From sequence record PQ309151.1: DNA of 64,000 nucleotides, one strand, 5' to 3'. The notes beneath the pieces were generated by a model. The model had not been told where the DNA came from. It did no database searches and saw nothing but the letters and a program-made list of their open reading frames with translations. This document shows positions 19,272 to 28,724 of the stretch, piece after piece (position 1 is the first letter of the stretch; each line of letters starts with the position of its first letter). Position numbers and translations under genes: made by a program.

Positions 19272-19942
19272 TAGATCAGTCCCCCTGCAGGAGGCGTGAA
19301 GTTAGCCGTAATGATGGCAGAATTCCAGAAGCCCCATTCGGCGGTATACAGGTTCGTACCGGATTGACCGATAGTCATACTGTTGTAATTGATCACCGAC
19401 GTGTTGTCGGAAAAGCTAGGATTGTTATATGTGCTACCAGTGCCGTTTGCTAGCTGGACCAGAGTACCATTAATGTAAACAGTATTTACTCCAGCTTTAC
19501 GCTGCATTGCGACATGATACCATGCCGATGCCAGGTTGGTCGTAGTGATGCTGGTATCCCAACAAGTGGCGATGGTACTCATGGCATAACCCATCTGAAG
19601 GCGCCAGCCAAATCCGCTATCTCCGGTACGGATCGTCATACCGCTACTCAAAAACGTCACATAGTTACTGGCGCTAGTGAGTAATACGCGCATCATCACG
19701 GTGTAGTCAGCAGTACTAGATCTACTACCGGTCGCATAGTTGATTGTGTCTACCCCTTTCATCGCCTGCGTATAACCAGCAAGCGAAATGGGAAGAGATA
19801 CTGGTGTCCCAGCAGTATGACTCGTAGGCGTGATGGTTCCGGTCGATACGTTCGAGCTATAGTTCCAGCCCCAATAAGGCTGTATCGAGTTGAGCCCACC
19901 GCCGCTACTCACTTTCTTTTTCAAAAGTAGAGGTTCAAACAT
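19271..19942 (-). CDS. LamG/ConA-like lectin-domain protein
   Basis: Starts MFEPLLLKKK. WYHVAMQRKAGVNTVYINGTLV is a LamG signature. Confidence 0.75.
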   Translation of the reverse strand: MFEPLLLKKKVSSGGGLNSIQPYWGWNYSSNVSTGTITPTSHTAGTPVSLPISLAGYTQAMKGVDTINYATGSRSSTADYTVMMRVLLTSASNYVTFLSSGMTIRTGDSGFGWRLQMGYAMSTIATCWDTSITTTNLASAWYHVAMQRKAGVNTVYINGTLVQLANGTGSTYNNPSFSDNTSVINYNSMTIGQSGTNLYTAEWGFWNSAIITANFTPPAGGLI

Positions 19943-19943
19943 A

Positions 19944-20537
19944 TCAAATCCTGATCACCGTCAGTTCAAGAAGTTGCCAGGTACAAGGGAATGCATACGT
20001 TCCCTGGATAACCTGTTCGGCTCCATTCAGGTAGCTTCCTAACACCCAATCCCAGGTATTCGAGAATGTCCCAGGATAGTTCAGGGAATAAATCTGGGTG
20101 CCGTTGAGCGTAATGGTGTAAACACCATTGACTCTTTTAAAAACAAGAACCTGCTCAATTCCAAAACCTGAGATCGAGCCACTGGTTGTAGCCAGAAGGT
20201 TGTCATAAACATACTCGACTGCTTTATTTGCATTGACTGAGATCATCCACGAAGGAGCATCATTGCCCTGTTTGTATCGTGAAAGAAGATCCAGTCGTGT
20301 TCCACCAATTGTAGTCACTTTAAAACGAATTGTGATCTGACAATTTTCAGCAACTGGTGAAGGTGTTCCAGAATAAGGAATTCGGATGTAGTCTACTACC
20401 GAGCCGCCTGCAAACGAATACGTGTTACCTGTTTTGGTCACTCCAGCTGAATTGGAAAGACCTCCGCCCCAGCTTGCGATAGTGATGCCTGAGCCGCCTA
20501 CTACAGCAGACTTTTTCAGAAGGAAAGCTTCATGCAT
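19944..20537 (-). CDS. LamG/ConA-like lectin-domain protein
   Basis: Probable start MHEAFLLKK at 20537 (GGGA RBS). Motifs ITIRFK...LLSRY...LVFKRVNGVYTITLNG...WVLG. Confidence 0.7.
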   Translation of the reverse strand: MHEAFLLKKSAVVGGSGITIASWGGGLSNSAGVTKTGNTYSFAGGSVVDYIRIPYSGTPSPVAENCQITIRFKVTTIGGTRLDLLSRYKQGNDAPSWMISVNANKAVEYVYDNLLATTSGSISGFGIEQVLVFKRVNGVYTITLNGTQIYSLNYPGTFSNTWDWVLGSYLNGAEQVIQGTYAFPCTWQLLELTVIRI

Positions 20538-20575
20538 AAATGTCCCGCAATTGTATTCAATCACAGTATCGACCA

Positions 20576-20601
20576 CCTACCTAGCCTTTCGGCTAGGTAG
20601 G
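20576..20601 (-). terminator. Hairpin after the DNA polymerase gene
   Basis: CCTACCTAGCC-TTTC-GGCTAGGTAGG, with a GAAA loop on the minus strand. Confidence 0.7.
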
Positions 20602-20611
20602 ATGGATTCGA

Positions 20612-22762
20612 TCAATACGTATCGTAGATCATTCGCGTGTTCTTCTTGTTGCTCATGAAGATGCCAAAAGTTTCAAGAATGTGGTAGTAAGCACCACAGC
20701 AATCCCGCACAATCTTCCGTGCGTTGGAACCAACCAGGATCTCATCCGGGATGCCAGACATCTGGATGATACTGACCGGAACGTAAATCGTCGTCATGTA
20801 CTTGCGACCAATCTTGGCGCATTCGGCTTCGATATCTTTCACGAGATCTTTGTTCTTGATCTGTTCGAGATATATTTGCCAATCCGACACGTTTCCGATT
20901 TCCAGAGAAACCTTCATCGACGTGTATGGAGGTTCATCGACCATGCCGTAGATCTTACCGAACGTATTGTTCCAGAAAATGTGATTCCAGTACGGCGTTC
21001 GATTCGGATCTTTGATTTTGTACGCATCAGCCTTCTTCAGATGAGCGGCACGGAAGTATTCCGTATTACCTGACTTAACGTCTTCATAGATCGTCCATTC
21101 TTCTTCGGCGACCATGTCGATGATTTCATTCAGGTTCAGTCCCTTACCGGCAACCACATCAACCATGCATTGCAGCAGGAAGTCTTTCACTTCCTTCACA
21201 ATCGCCCCAGGTGTAGCCGAGGAGATCATGTTCGCACCCTTCAGTTCCAGGTCAGGCTTACGGAATACGTTGCCTTCCTGAGCGGTCTTCATGGCGTAGT
21301 AATGCTTAGCCATCGAAGTCGGGCAGAAGATCTTGAACTTGTACTCGTTCTTCATCTGCACGTCGAACAGACGATCCGGATGGACGCCATAGTTCGCAGA
21401 CATCATTGCATGCAGGTGAGATGACGTTTGTGCAGCAAGATACACCACGACGTCAGAAGTCGATTCCATTTCGTCCGTGAAACCGATTGTGCCGTAAACA
21501 CGACCAACCCATTCCTGAACCGTAAACAGAGTCGAGTCGGTATCGCCACCGAGAACCGAACGGCGAAGACTGGTTGGGAAGTTACCCGTGGATGCAGGCA
21601 TGTTACCCGAGAGCCAGAATGCATCAATGATCGGCTGTACAGCACACAGCGTATTGTTGATGTTCTTGGCATTGGTTGCAAGTACGCCGTAGTTATGCGG
21701 CGATTCCTTCAGGATTTCCTTCGGCTTCTTACCGACGGAGAAGGAACGGCAAATCTGACGCGACAGGTTAACGGTGTCTTCCGAAACCGTCTTAAGGACA
21801 AACTGCGCCTCATCGAGCGGCATCGTTTCATCGATAAACCGGGACAGCTGGTTCAGCAACGAGACAACGAAATCCTTGTTGTGTTTATAGAGGTGATAGA
21901 AGTCACCAACATAAACGAATGCTGCACGCTCAAGCGGTTTCATCGCATCGACGAAATCCCACACAGGCTGCATGTGCTGATTCGACTGGAAGTACAACTG
22001 ACGACTACGTTCGATACACTCGTTGACGTCTTCTACAGTCGGCCAATGCAGACCGAACTTCGTCATTGCTTCTTCGACCTTATCCAGATCGCTGATAGCG
22101 CAGATCGACACGAGGTTGTTCAGGATCGTGTCGCGATCCATGTAGTGGCGGTTGCCTTCGATGAACTTTTCGTTGTTCGCGTTTCCGTACGCAGTGGTGT
22201 TCCGGCAGTTTGTCGTAAGCGACGAATGCGAAGTCGGATTAAATAGAGCCGTCGACGGAGTGAGGGACGCTCCGGAGAGGGAGTTGTTTGTCGTCTTTGC
22301 ATTGTTCTGTCCGAGATCCTTAAACACATAGAGAACCATGTCCCCAGCATTCTTGGCATCGAACATCTGATCTTTGAGCACTGAACGCTTAACGATGTTA
22401 TCCATCGTGTAAAGTGACAGCAGCGATTGCCGGACATCCGGCGAGCAGTACGACGTAAACGTCGGAGACATCGATTCGTTATTGTCGAACACGTCGGCAA
22501 GATAACGCGACATCGTGGTTTCTTTGAGCTCACGATCTTCGAAGTTTTCGCGATGGAGATATTTCACCATCGGATCCCGGAACTCAAACAGACCGCCGGG
22601 TTTCATGTTCTTGATCACAAACTCACGTGCAGCTTGCATCGTGATTCCCTTTCTCTTGGAGAGAAAGAGCGATGCCTGGTCTACATAACCGTTGAGCACT
22701 TTCGTGTCACGGCGGTAGTCCTCTCGTTCTTTACGGAAAGTAACAGGTCGCAACTGATGCAT
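20612..22762 (-). CDS. Family-B DNA polymerase, polymerase-domain half (phiKZ gp50-like)
   Basis: Motifs QNNAKTTNNSLSG, GGDTDS and AKHYYA. Probable start MHQLRP at 22762 (AAGGGA RBS). No exonuclease domain, consistent with the split phiKZ polymerase. Confidence 0.9.
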   Translation of the reverse strand: MHQLRPVTFRKEREDYRRDTKVLNGYVDQASLFLSKRKGITMQAAREFVIKNMKPGGLFEFRDPMVKYLHRENFEDRELKETTMSRYLADVFDNNESMSPTFTSYCSPDVRQSLLSLYTMDNIVKRSVLKDQMFDAKNAGDMVLYVFKDLGQNNAKTTNNSLSGASLTPSTALFNPTSHSSLTTNCRNTTAYGNANNEKFIEGNRHYMDRDTILNNLVSICAISDLDKVEEAMTKFGLHWPTVEDVNECIERSRQLYFQSNQHMQPVWDFVDAMKPLERAAFVYVGDFYHLYKHNKDFVVSLLNQLSRFIDETMPLDEAQFVLKTVSEDTVNLSRQICRSFSVGKKPKEILKESPHNYGVLATNAKNINNTLCAVQPIIDAFWLSGNMPASTGNFPTSLRRSVLGGDTDSTLFTVQEWVGRVYGTIGFTDEMESTSDVVVYLAAQTSSHLHAMMSANYGVHPDRLFDVQMKNEYKFKIFCPTSMAKHYYAMKTAQEGNVFRKPDLELKGANMISSATPGAIVKEVKDFLLQCMVDVVAGKGLNLNEIIDMVAEEEWTIYEDVKSGNTEYFRAAHLKKADAYKIKDPNRTPYWNHIFWNNTFGKIYGMVDEPPYTSMKVSLEIGNVSDWQIYLEQIKNKDLVKDIEAECAKIGRKYMTTIYVPVSIIQMSGIPDEILVGSNARKIVRDCCGAYYHILETFGIFMSNKKNTRMIYDTY

Positions 22763-22872
22763 TTGTTCCCTTTTCCTAAGGTTGACAGCAAAAAAAGATG
22801 AAATCCCGTAAAGCATCCGAAGATCACTTTACGGGACGGATTCAAACTATGCAGTGACCTAACAAAAAAATA

Positions 22873-23298
22873 TCAGGTCGTGGTCGTCGTGTTACCGAAC
22901 GTGATCTGGAAGTCGATGAAGCCAGCTTGCTTCAGCATGGTCGTGATGCGTGCCAGATCCGAAGTCGAAACATTCGGAACCAGAATTGCTGCAGCACTGA
23001 CCTGAACTTCCACGATGGAAGTCGGATCGATCCACGGCTCACCAATGAGCGTGATCGAACCATCGATTTTCTTGACCCGGTAGTAGTTATACTGACGCGG
23101 ATCGTTGGGGAAACCCGCCGGCAAATTCCCGGACGAGACCACAGCTGCATGCACGGGCTGGATATCGCCTTGGAGCATGACTGCAGTTTCGAACGGAAAG
23201 TAGCCGAGGATTTCGACGCGTTTGAAAGAAGTACCCAGGACACTCGGAGCATACGTCTCGAAGTCATAGATCTTCTTATTGTCCATCGCTTGTGACAT
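22873..23298 (-). CDS. Conserved phiKZ-like protein preceding the DNA polymerase (gp49-like by synteny)
   Basis: 141 aa, position and size. Confidence 0.6.
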   Translation of the reverse strand: MSQAMDNKKIYDFETYAPSVLGTSFKRVEILGYFPFETAVMLQGDIQPVHAAVVSSGNLPAGFPNDPRQYNYYRVKKIDGSITLIGEPWIDPTSIVEVQVSAAAILVPNVSTSDLARITTMLKQAGFIDFQITFGNTTTTT

Positions 23299-23310
23299 TA
23301 GAGTTCACCC

Positions 23311-23688
23311 TTAATCGTCGAACGGAGTTTCGAATCTTTTCACCACAATAGAGCGGTTATTCCGGTTCAACTCAGGCGCGTACTCGAATCCATCACCAGC
23401 ATACAGGCCGTGGGCACGCAATTGGCCTGCAATGTTTTTTACGAGAAGAAAAAAAGATTCAAGGAACCGCTGCATGAATCTTGGGTTCGGCTCCAGATGG
23501 TCACGATAGAAATTCCCAAGCTTTGAAAGCTCAGGTTCCTCGTGCACATCTTCGAGCTCGAAAATGATGACATCGAACACCATCAGTACGATGTCACTCA
23601 GGACGTAATCAGGTAGTTTTTGTTCTCCGACATCGTGACAGAAGTCACGAAGCGCGTGTCGGAGGTCGACAATTATCCGCTCAGACAT
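23311..23688 (-). CDS. Small acidic protein, member of the tandem array
   Basis: 125 aa, overlaps the upstream gene. N-terminus RIIVDL. Confidence 0.7.
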   Translation of the reverse strand: MSERIIVDLRHALRDFCHDVGEQKLPDYVLSDIVLMVFDVIIFELEDVHEEPELSKLGNFYRDHLEPNPRFMQRFLESFFLLVKNIAGQLRAHGLYAGDGFEYAPELNRNNRSIVVKRFETPFDD

Positions 23689-24101
23689 TCCCCTTCACCA
23701 TGTTGGTCAATCTCGTTTTCAGAAAAGATCTTGATGATCATGTCCATACCTACGAAGCCCTCGAATTTCAAAATGCTTGGAACCTCGGAACTCAGTAGGT
23801 CAAGCTCTTTCAGATAACTAAAAAGAGAGGTACAGAACTCGTAGGCCATTTGAGCCACGTCGTCCGTATACAACTCGTCCAGAATCCCCGTGTCCGTGAG
23901 TTCCACGGCCATTTTCATCGCAGCCTCAAGAAGCTCGATGTGTTGGTTGGTCTTCGCGTTCTTCTCATGATGCAACCACATGGTCATTGTGATCAGCATC
24001 TGCATCAGAACGAATTGATGCTCGTCCTCTCGGAAATATTCCTCGAAGACGCTTTTCCATTTCTGGATCCGATCTTTCGTCGGAACTATGAATTTTCGCA
24101 T
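23673..24101 (-). CDS. Small acidic protein, member of the tandem array
   Basis: 142 aa. N-terminus RKFIVP. Confidence 0.7.
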   Translation of the reverse strand: MRKFIVPTKDRIQKWKSVFEEYFREDEHQFVLMQMLITMTMWLHHEKNAKTNQHIELLEAAMKMAVELTDTGILDELYTDDVAQMAYEFCTSLFSYLKELDLLSSEVPSILKFEGFVGMDMIIKIFSENEIDQHGEGECLSG

Positions 24102-24156
24102 GTTAACGATTCGCCGATAGGTGTCTCATAACCATTGCCGAACGATCGATGTATTT

Positions 24157-24513
24157 TTATTCGATCACCTCAAACTTCAACGACATAAAGCTGTCGCTGG
24201 GGATGAAGCTAACGTGCTGATGAATGAAACCTGCACGTTGCAATTCGCGGAGAATGTGCGCACGGATCCTCATAAAGAAATCCATGATTCGCATCTGCTG
24301 CCCAACAGTAAATGGCTTGACTTCCTGATGACCCTGAAACCAGTAGTCACCATAAACCATTCTCCTGATGTACGCGCGATCTTCTTTATCTCCACGTATG
24401 CCTTCACACAGGTTGTCTAGGGTCTGAGGATAATCGATCAGTCCAAACTCCAGTGTGAAGAACTCCCGGAACATTTTCAGAATTTGGATCTTATCGATCA
24501 AGACCACTTTCAT
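24157..24513 (-). CDS. Small protein, member of the tandem array
   Basis: 118 aa, start overlaps the upstream stop. N-terminus KVVLID. Confidence 0.7.
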   Translation of the reverse strand: MKVVLIDKIQILKMFREFFTLEFGLIDYPQTLDNLCEGIRGDKEDRAYIRRMVYGDYWFQGHQEVKPFTVGQQMRIMDFFMRIRAHILRELQRAGFIHQHVSFIPSDSFMSLKFEVIE

Positions 24514-24938
24514 CAGAACCTCAATCGCATTTTCAAAGCGTGAGCACTAGACCATTGGAGGCTGCGCTCATCGATGGCATAATCACCATGAACCTCGCGA
24601 ATCAACGACATCGTATTGCGAACCATATCGTCTATGATTGCACCGATCTTCGTCGCTTCTCGAATCTCGTATTCTTCAACCGAGTAATTCCGATTGAAGG
24701 TGACATTGGAGTAGTACGACGATTCTTCTTCTTTAATCGTCCACTCGGCCATCGCATCGTTCATCTCTCGGAAGATCTGTACGTCGCGTGCAGTTATATC
24801 TACTTCTCGCTGAGTCGCCATCACGCACGACTCGATAAAACCCTCCAGTTCATGCGGATAGAAATAAAGAAGATCCTCAGCGGGACCTACTCGCTCGAAT
24901 ACGTTTCGGAAGTCCACCAGGTAGGTTCGCTCGCCCAT
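24513..24938 (-). CDS. Small acidic protein, member of the tandem array
   Basis: Probable start MGERTYLVD at 24938 (AAGGAGGA RBS). The frame stays open upstream to 25100. Confidence 0.65.
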   Translation of the reverse strand: MGERTYLVDFRNVFERVGPAEDLLYFYPHELEGFIESCVMATQREVDITARDVQIFREMNDAMAEWTIKEEESSYYSNVTFNRNYSVEEYEIREATKIGAIIDDMVRNTMSLIREVHGDYAIDERSLQWSSAHALKMRLRF

Positions 24939-25056
24939 ACGTCGATCCTCCTTTAGCACTTCGATTTCCTTCGGGTAACGCGTTGTGAAAAGTTTCCAAC
25001 TACGGGATGACTCTTCCCTCATTGCCAGTCCCGGTCTCGTTTCCACCTGGACCAGC

Positions 25057-25482
25057 CTAGAAGAAGTAGCCTCGTTGTTCTTCATAACGTTCTGGAACAT
25101 TGATAATCAACTCCAGTCTTTCGGTCAACCAGTACATGTCTTCAGGCAATTCGGCTGCAATGTTTGGAAACCATGCGAGCACTTCACCCAGTACCAGATG
25201 TTCGAGTTCTTGTTTTACATAGTCGGCTTCACCATTGATCATGCAATCGAGGTTAAGCGCGAGATCGAGTTCTTCCATCATCTCGGTATGATCCGACGTC
25301 AGATCAAATACCTTTTCCACGATTAGAGGAAGGATCTCCTTGATGTGGCAGGTCGAAAACGATTTACCTTTTTCAGTAGCCCGTCTGACGTACCAGTTAA
25401 TGGGACGATGCAGATCGACTAAATACTTACCACCACGATAAGGTGGTTTCGGATAGACGGGATCATCGTCAAATGGTCTCAT
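25057..25482 (-). CDS. Small acidic protein, member of the tandem array
   Basis: Probable start MRPFDD at 25482, overlapping the upstream stop. Contains GGKYLVDL. Confidence 0.65.
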   Translation of the reverse strand: MRPFDDDPVYPKPPYRGGKYLVDLHRPINWYVRRATEKGKSFSTCHIKEILPLIVEKVFDLTSDHTEMMEELDLALNLDCMINGEADYVKQELEHLVLGEVLAWFPNIAAELPEDMYWLTERLELIINVPERYEEQRGYFF

Positions 25483-26044
25483 GCCGGTTAGCGATCTTTT
25501 CTTGTTCCGCTTTCGTCCACTGGATGACACGCCAGTCTGCATACTCCTCAATCATCAGAGTGCGCAGATCACGACCTTGCGTGAGGCGATGCAAGACGAA
25601 ACGGTTCGGATTCATGTGCTTGGTCGTCAGTTCCAGCAACTGCTTGAGGACATCATCCAGCATGTCCGCAGCTTTCTTGTTAGCCGGATCATTCAGATCC
25701 CAACGCAAATCTTCACGCAAGTCCGCTTCGATATCAAAGCCGATCAACTCACGAAGATTCATGAGGTGGACTTGAAAGTCACAGTCTTCGCCATAAATCC
25801 ATGCGCGACGACGATTGACAATCGCTTCCATGATCGTGATGACAACCTTACGGACGAGATGCGTGAGTGCCGGTTTTGTAAAATCTGCATCCTGAATGCT
25901 CGGCAGCATATCGAAGATGTTCATAACTGCAGCGATATGTTGCTGCGGATCGATGATGGTCATCTTGAACGGATGATCGGAAATGACCGAGGTATCCATC
26001 CACATCTGTCCATTCGATGCTTTTGTGAATTCAGGTTCTTTCAC
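25469..26044 (-). CDS. Small protein, first member of the tandem array
   Basis: 191 aa with GTG start. Contains FKMTIID. Confidence 0.7.
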   Translation of the reverse strand: MKEPEFTKASNGQMWMDTSVISDHPFKMTIIDPQQHIAAVMNIFDMLPSIQDADFTKPALTHLVRKVVITIMEAIVNRRRAWIYGEDCDFQVHLMNLRELIGFDIEADLREDLRWDLNDPANKKAADMLDDVLKQLLELTTKHMNPNRFVLHRLTQGRDLRTLMIEEYADWRVIQWTKAEQEKIANRHETI

Positions 26045-26197
26045 CTAAGCTTCCTCTTTGTAAAATGCCTCTAAAAGCTGCAGAATGACCCCGTAGTGCA
26101 TTTGATTAGTGTCGGATATAAGAATATACTTATAACCATTCCGAAGCCTTCAAAGCGCCTAAAATTTAAATAGAAAAATCTGGCAGCATAAGTGAAC

Positions 26198-26229
26198 TAC
26201 TCCAGAACCCCGTGAGGAGTTCTGGAGTA
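26198..26229 (-). terminator. PhuZ terminator hairpin
   Basis: TACTCCAGAAC...GTTCTGGAGTA inverted repeat just past the stop. Confidence 0.7.
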
Positions 26230-26237
26230 TCCCAGCT

Positions 26238-27233
26238 TTAGAACACCAGGCCGTTCGAAGTCTTCTTCGTGGTGCCGTTGGACAGCTTGTTCTTCACGAC
26301 ACGCGCACCTTCACGCGTTTCGTAATCCGCCAACTGCTTGCGCAGGTTCTTCATGACGGTGTCGAGGAAACCGTCGGCCACGACGAAATGCAGCGGGAAC
26401 TTCATGTCCTTGTCTGCATCCGGATGAACCGGCACGCCAACACGTTGGAACTCGACCGGGCGATCGAGCTTCGTGTTGTTCAGGTCGTTGTTCAGCGTAG
26501 CCACCGTCATCAGGTTAGCGTCCGAACCGAGGTTCAGCTTTTCCCGATGGATCGACAGCACACCGACTTGCGGCGCGAACGATGTGACGTTTTCCGGATG
26601 GAATACGTTGACCAGGTCGCGAGCATCCAGATTCTTGTTCTGGCCGCTGAACAGCACGGTCAGGCACGAGACTGCCAGATGCACCTTTGCGTCGACTTCT
26701 TCGATCGTACCGTCGATGCCGTTTTGCAGGTATTGCACCACGGCCGACTTTTCGCGCGTTTCGACGATACCTTCGTAGGACTCCATCGTGCCGATGGTGT
26801 TCACGATGTAATTCTTGGTGTCGTCACCGCCGATCGCGAACACGATTGCGGTTTTGTCTTGCGCGAGCGCTTCCGATGCGATCGACGGACCCATCACCGA
26901 ACCCGAACCACCGGTGGTGGAATGGATGATGATGTTGACATCTGCCAGCGGGAATTGCTGGAGCATCTCGCCCGTGTACTTGACGATGTCTGCGCCGTTG
27001 TAGCGACGCACACCGCCCGAACCGTTGGCTTCCGGAAGCTGATAGAAGTGGTCCGACGGCACGCCGAAGGTAGATGCTTTGGAGGTGTCCATGTACACCG
27101 GATCGAGTTCTGCGTAGCCGGCAATGCGGTTGCCGCGTTCCGGTTCGAAGTACTTGCCGATGCCAATGCCTGCGCCGCCGCAAGCGTAAATACGAATTTT
27201 GCCCAGGGTGTTGGTATTGTTCAGATCCGACAT
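26238..27233 (-). CDS. phuZ: PhuZ phage tubulin
   Basis: Motifs YACGGAGIGIG, MDTS, GSGGVR and the tubulin signature STTGGSGS. Short C-terminal tail ending GLVF. Confidence 0.95.
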   Translation of the reverse strand: MSDLNNTNTLGKIRIYACGGAGIGIGKYFEPERGNRIAGYAELDPVYMDTSKASTFGVPSDHFYQLPEANGSGGVRRYNGADIVKYTGEMLQQFPLADVNIIIHSTTGGSGSVMGPSIASEALAQDKTAIVFAIGGDDTKNYIVNTIGTMESYEGIVETREKSAVVQYLQNGIDGTIEEVDAKVHLAVSCLTVLFSGQNKNLDARDLVNVFHPENVTSFAPQVGVLSIHREKLNLGSDANLMTVATLNNDLNNTKLDRPVEFQRVGVPVHPDADKDMKFPLHFVVADGFLDTVMKNLRKQLADYETREGARVVKNKLSNGTTKKTSNGLVF

Positions 27234-27304
27234 TTCAGTTTCTCGCTATAGAAATTTTAAAAGATGAGCCAGCGTCGAATTGATTTCGATACTGATTCAC
27301 GTTT

Positions 27305-27331
27305 GTAATATATCGCTGAATTTCGTTTAAA
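27305..27331 (-). promoter_or_regulatory. Early promoter of phuZ
   Basis: Minus strand TTTAAACGAAATTCAGCGATATATTAC. Confidence 0.8.
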
Positions 27332-27343
27332 CAAGGACTCCTT

Positions 27344-28156
27344 ATGCATTCAGGATCGGCCATTGAGAAGGCCATCACGGAGATCAAGTACATCATTCCG
27401 GAAGAAATTCTTGATCTCGTCTTTCTCAAGAAAGCTTACTTCTATCGTGACAGGCCGACCAACCTGGATCGAGAAATCATCAAGAAGGTCATCGCGCCGC
27501 GCGTGATGGTCGACTGCAGTCTCATCGGAGGTACAGACTATATCGTACCCCTGATGGATATTTATCGTGAGCTCACAGAAGAGTGGATGGCTGTTTATCG
27601 CATCCCGAAAGAGTTCACCGATAACCGGTCGATCATGTCGATTCTCGGCGTGATGTACATCAACCCGTACATGGTCTCTGCGCCTGCGGGTAACAACATC
27701 ACCGGATGGTCGCACATCATGGCGACTACCCAGGCAGTGTTGGAAGCGATGTCTCCGATTCCGAACTTCAGTTCGTCGGACGTCTCGCTCGAAGGTGAAA
27801 ACGTAATCGTCATTCGCGATGCACGCGTTCTGCCTTCGTTCAGTTATGCTCGCGTCATTCTGTCTTACGACGAGTACATGAGCAACATCAACCCGCGTTC
27901 GTATCTCGCATTCGCCAAGATGTGTGAACTGGCTGTCAAGTCATACATCTGGAAGAACCGCGTGATTCCTCTGGATCGTGGTGAGCTGACTGCTGGCGTG
28001 ACGCTTGGCGCCATCAAGGAAGTCATCGATGAATACAAGGACGCAGAACAAATGTATCAGGATTATCGCAAAGACACTATGCGAAAAATCCTGTTGATGA
28101 ACGACGAAGGTCGCAAACGTCGTCATCTGGTTCGTCTCATCGGCGGTTATAAATAG
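27344..28156 (+). CDS. Conserved phiKZ-like probable virion structural protein
   Basis: 270 aa with AAGGA RBS and its own terminator. Confidence 0.65.
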   Translation: MHSGSAIEKAITEIKYIIPEEILDLVFLKKAYFYRDRPTNLDREIIKKVIAPRVMVDCSLIGGTDYIVPLMDIYRELTEEWMAVYRIPKEFTDNRSIMSILGVMYINPYMVSAPAGNNITGWSHIMATTQAVLEAMSPIPNFSSSDVSLEGENVIVIRDARVLPSFSYARVILSYDEYMSNINPRSYLAFAKMCELAVKSYIWKNRVIPLDRGELTAGVTLGAIKEVIDEYKDAEQMYQDYRKDTMRKILLMNDEGRKRRHLVRLIGGYK

Positions 28157-28164
28157 TGTGGACT

Positions 28165-28192
28165 CCTACTCTACCCGAAAGGGTAGAGTAGG
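28165..28192. terminator. Terminator between convergent genes
   Basis: CCTACTCTACCC-GAAA-GGGTAGAGTAGG. Confidence 0.85.
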
Positions 28193-28198
28193 TAGACC

Positions 28199-28621
28199 TT
28201 ATGCCGGTTTGTTTTCCGAAACATTCACGACGACGGTAACGTGTGTGTCGTCGAGCCAGCCGTCGCGACTGACTTCCGAGATGTTCTTCAATGCTTCTTC
28301 ACCACCAGGAGGAAGATCGCCTGCAGTAATCTTGTTCTGAACATCCGACCAGATGACGTGGTTATAGCCCAAAAAGAAAACAGCCCACATCAAAGCAACG
28401 CAGAGCCACGCACCCGCATCGCGGTACATGTGGTAGAAGCCGAATGCGATTGCGACGACGAACAACCAGAACGTCATCATGATGGCGAAGACCCAGTAAC
28501 CGATGGCTTCTTGGGACCAGGTGTACAGGATGGAATTCTCCTGGTACATCAACTGGTTCACCATCAGGAAAAACGTGACTGCAAACAACAGCCAGAAAAT
28601 GACTCCGACAGCAGCATACAT
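28199..28621 (-). CDS. Membrane protein, about 3 TM helices
   Basis: Three long hydrophobic stretches in the first ~90 aa. Confidence 0.75.
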   Translation of the reverse strand: MYAAVGVIFWLLFAVTFFLMVNQLMYQENSILYTWSQEAIGYWVFAIMMTFWLFVVAIAFGFYHMYRDAGAWLCVALMWAVFFLGYNHVIWSDVQNKITAGDLPPGGEEALKNISEVSRDGWLDDTHVTVVVNVSENKPA

Positions 28622-28724
28622 GGCCTACCTCACTTATTGTTAAAAAACGACCAAAAAAAATCCCAGGAGTAAACCTGGGATTGAAAAGCCCACCGTGTGG
28701 CAGACCCGGTGGGCTGGGCTACTG

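Noticed and set aside
18011-20537. Lectin cassette as a diversity-generating retroelement target
   Set aside because: No reverse transcriptase or template/variable repeat pair was seen. The domains are SPRY/LamG, not C-type lectin.
22763-22816. Upstream starts used by the ORF track (also 20576, 25551, 29950, 31406, 48859)
   Set aside because: Downstream ATGs have better RBSs and avoid overlapping hairpins or neighbouring genes.
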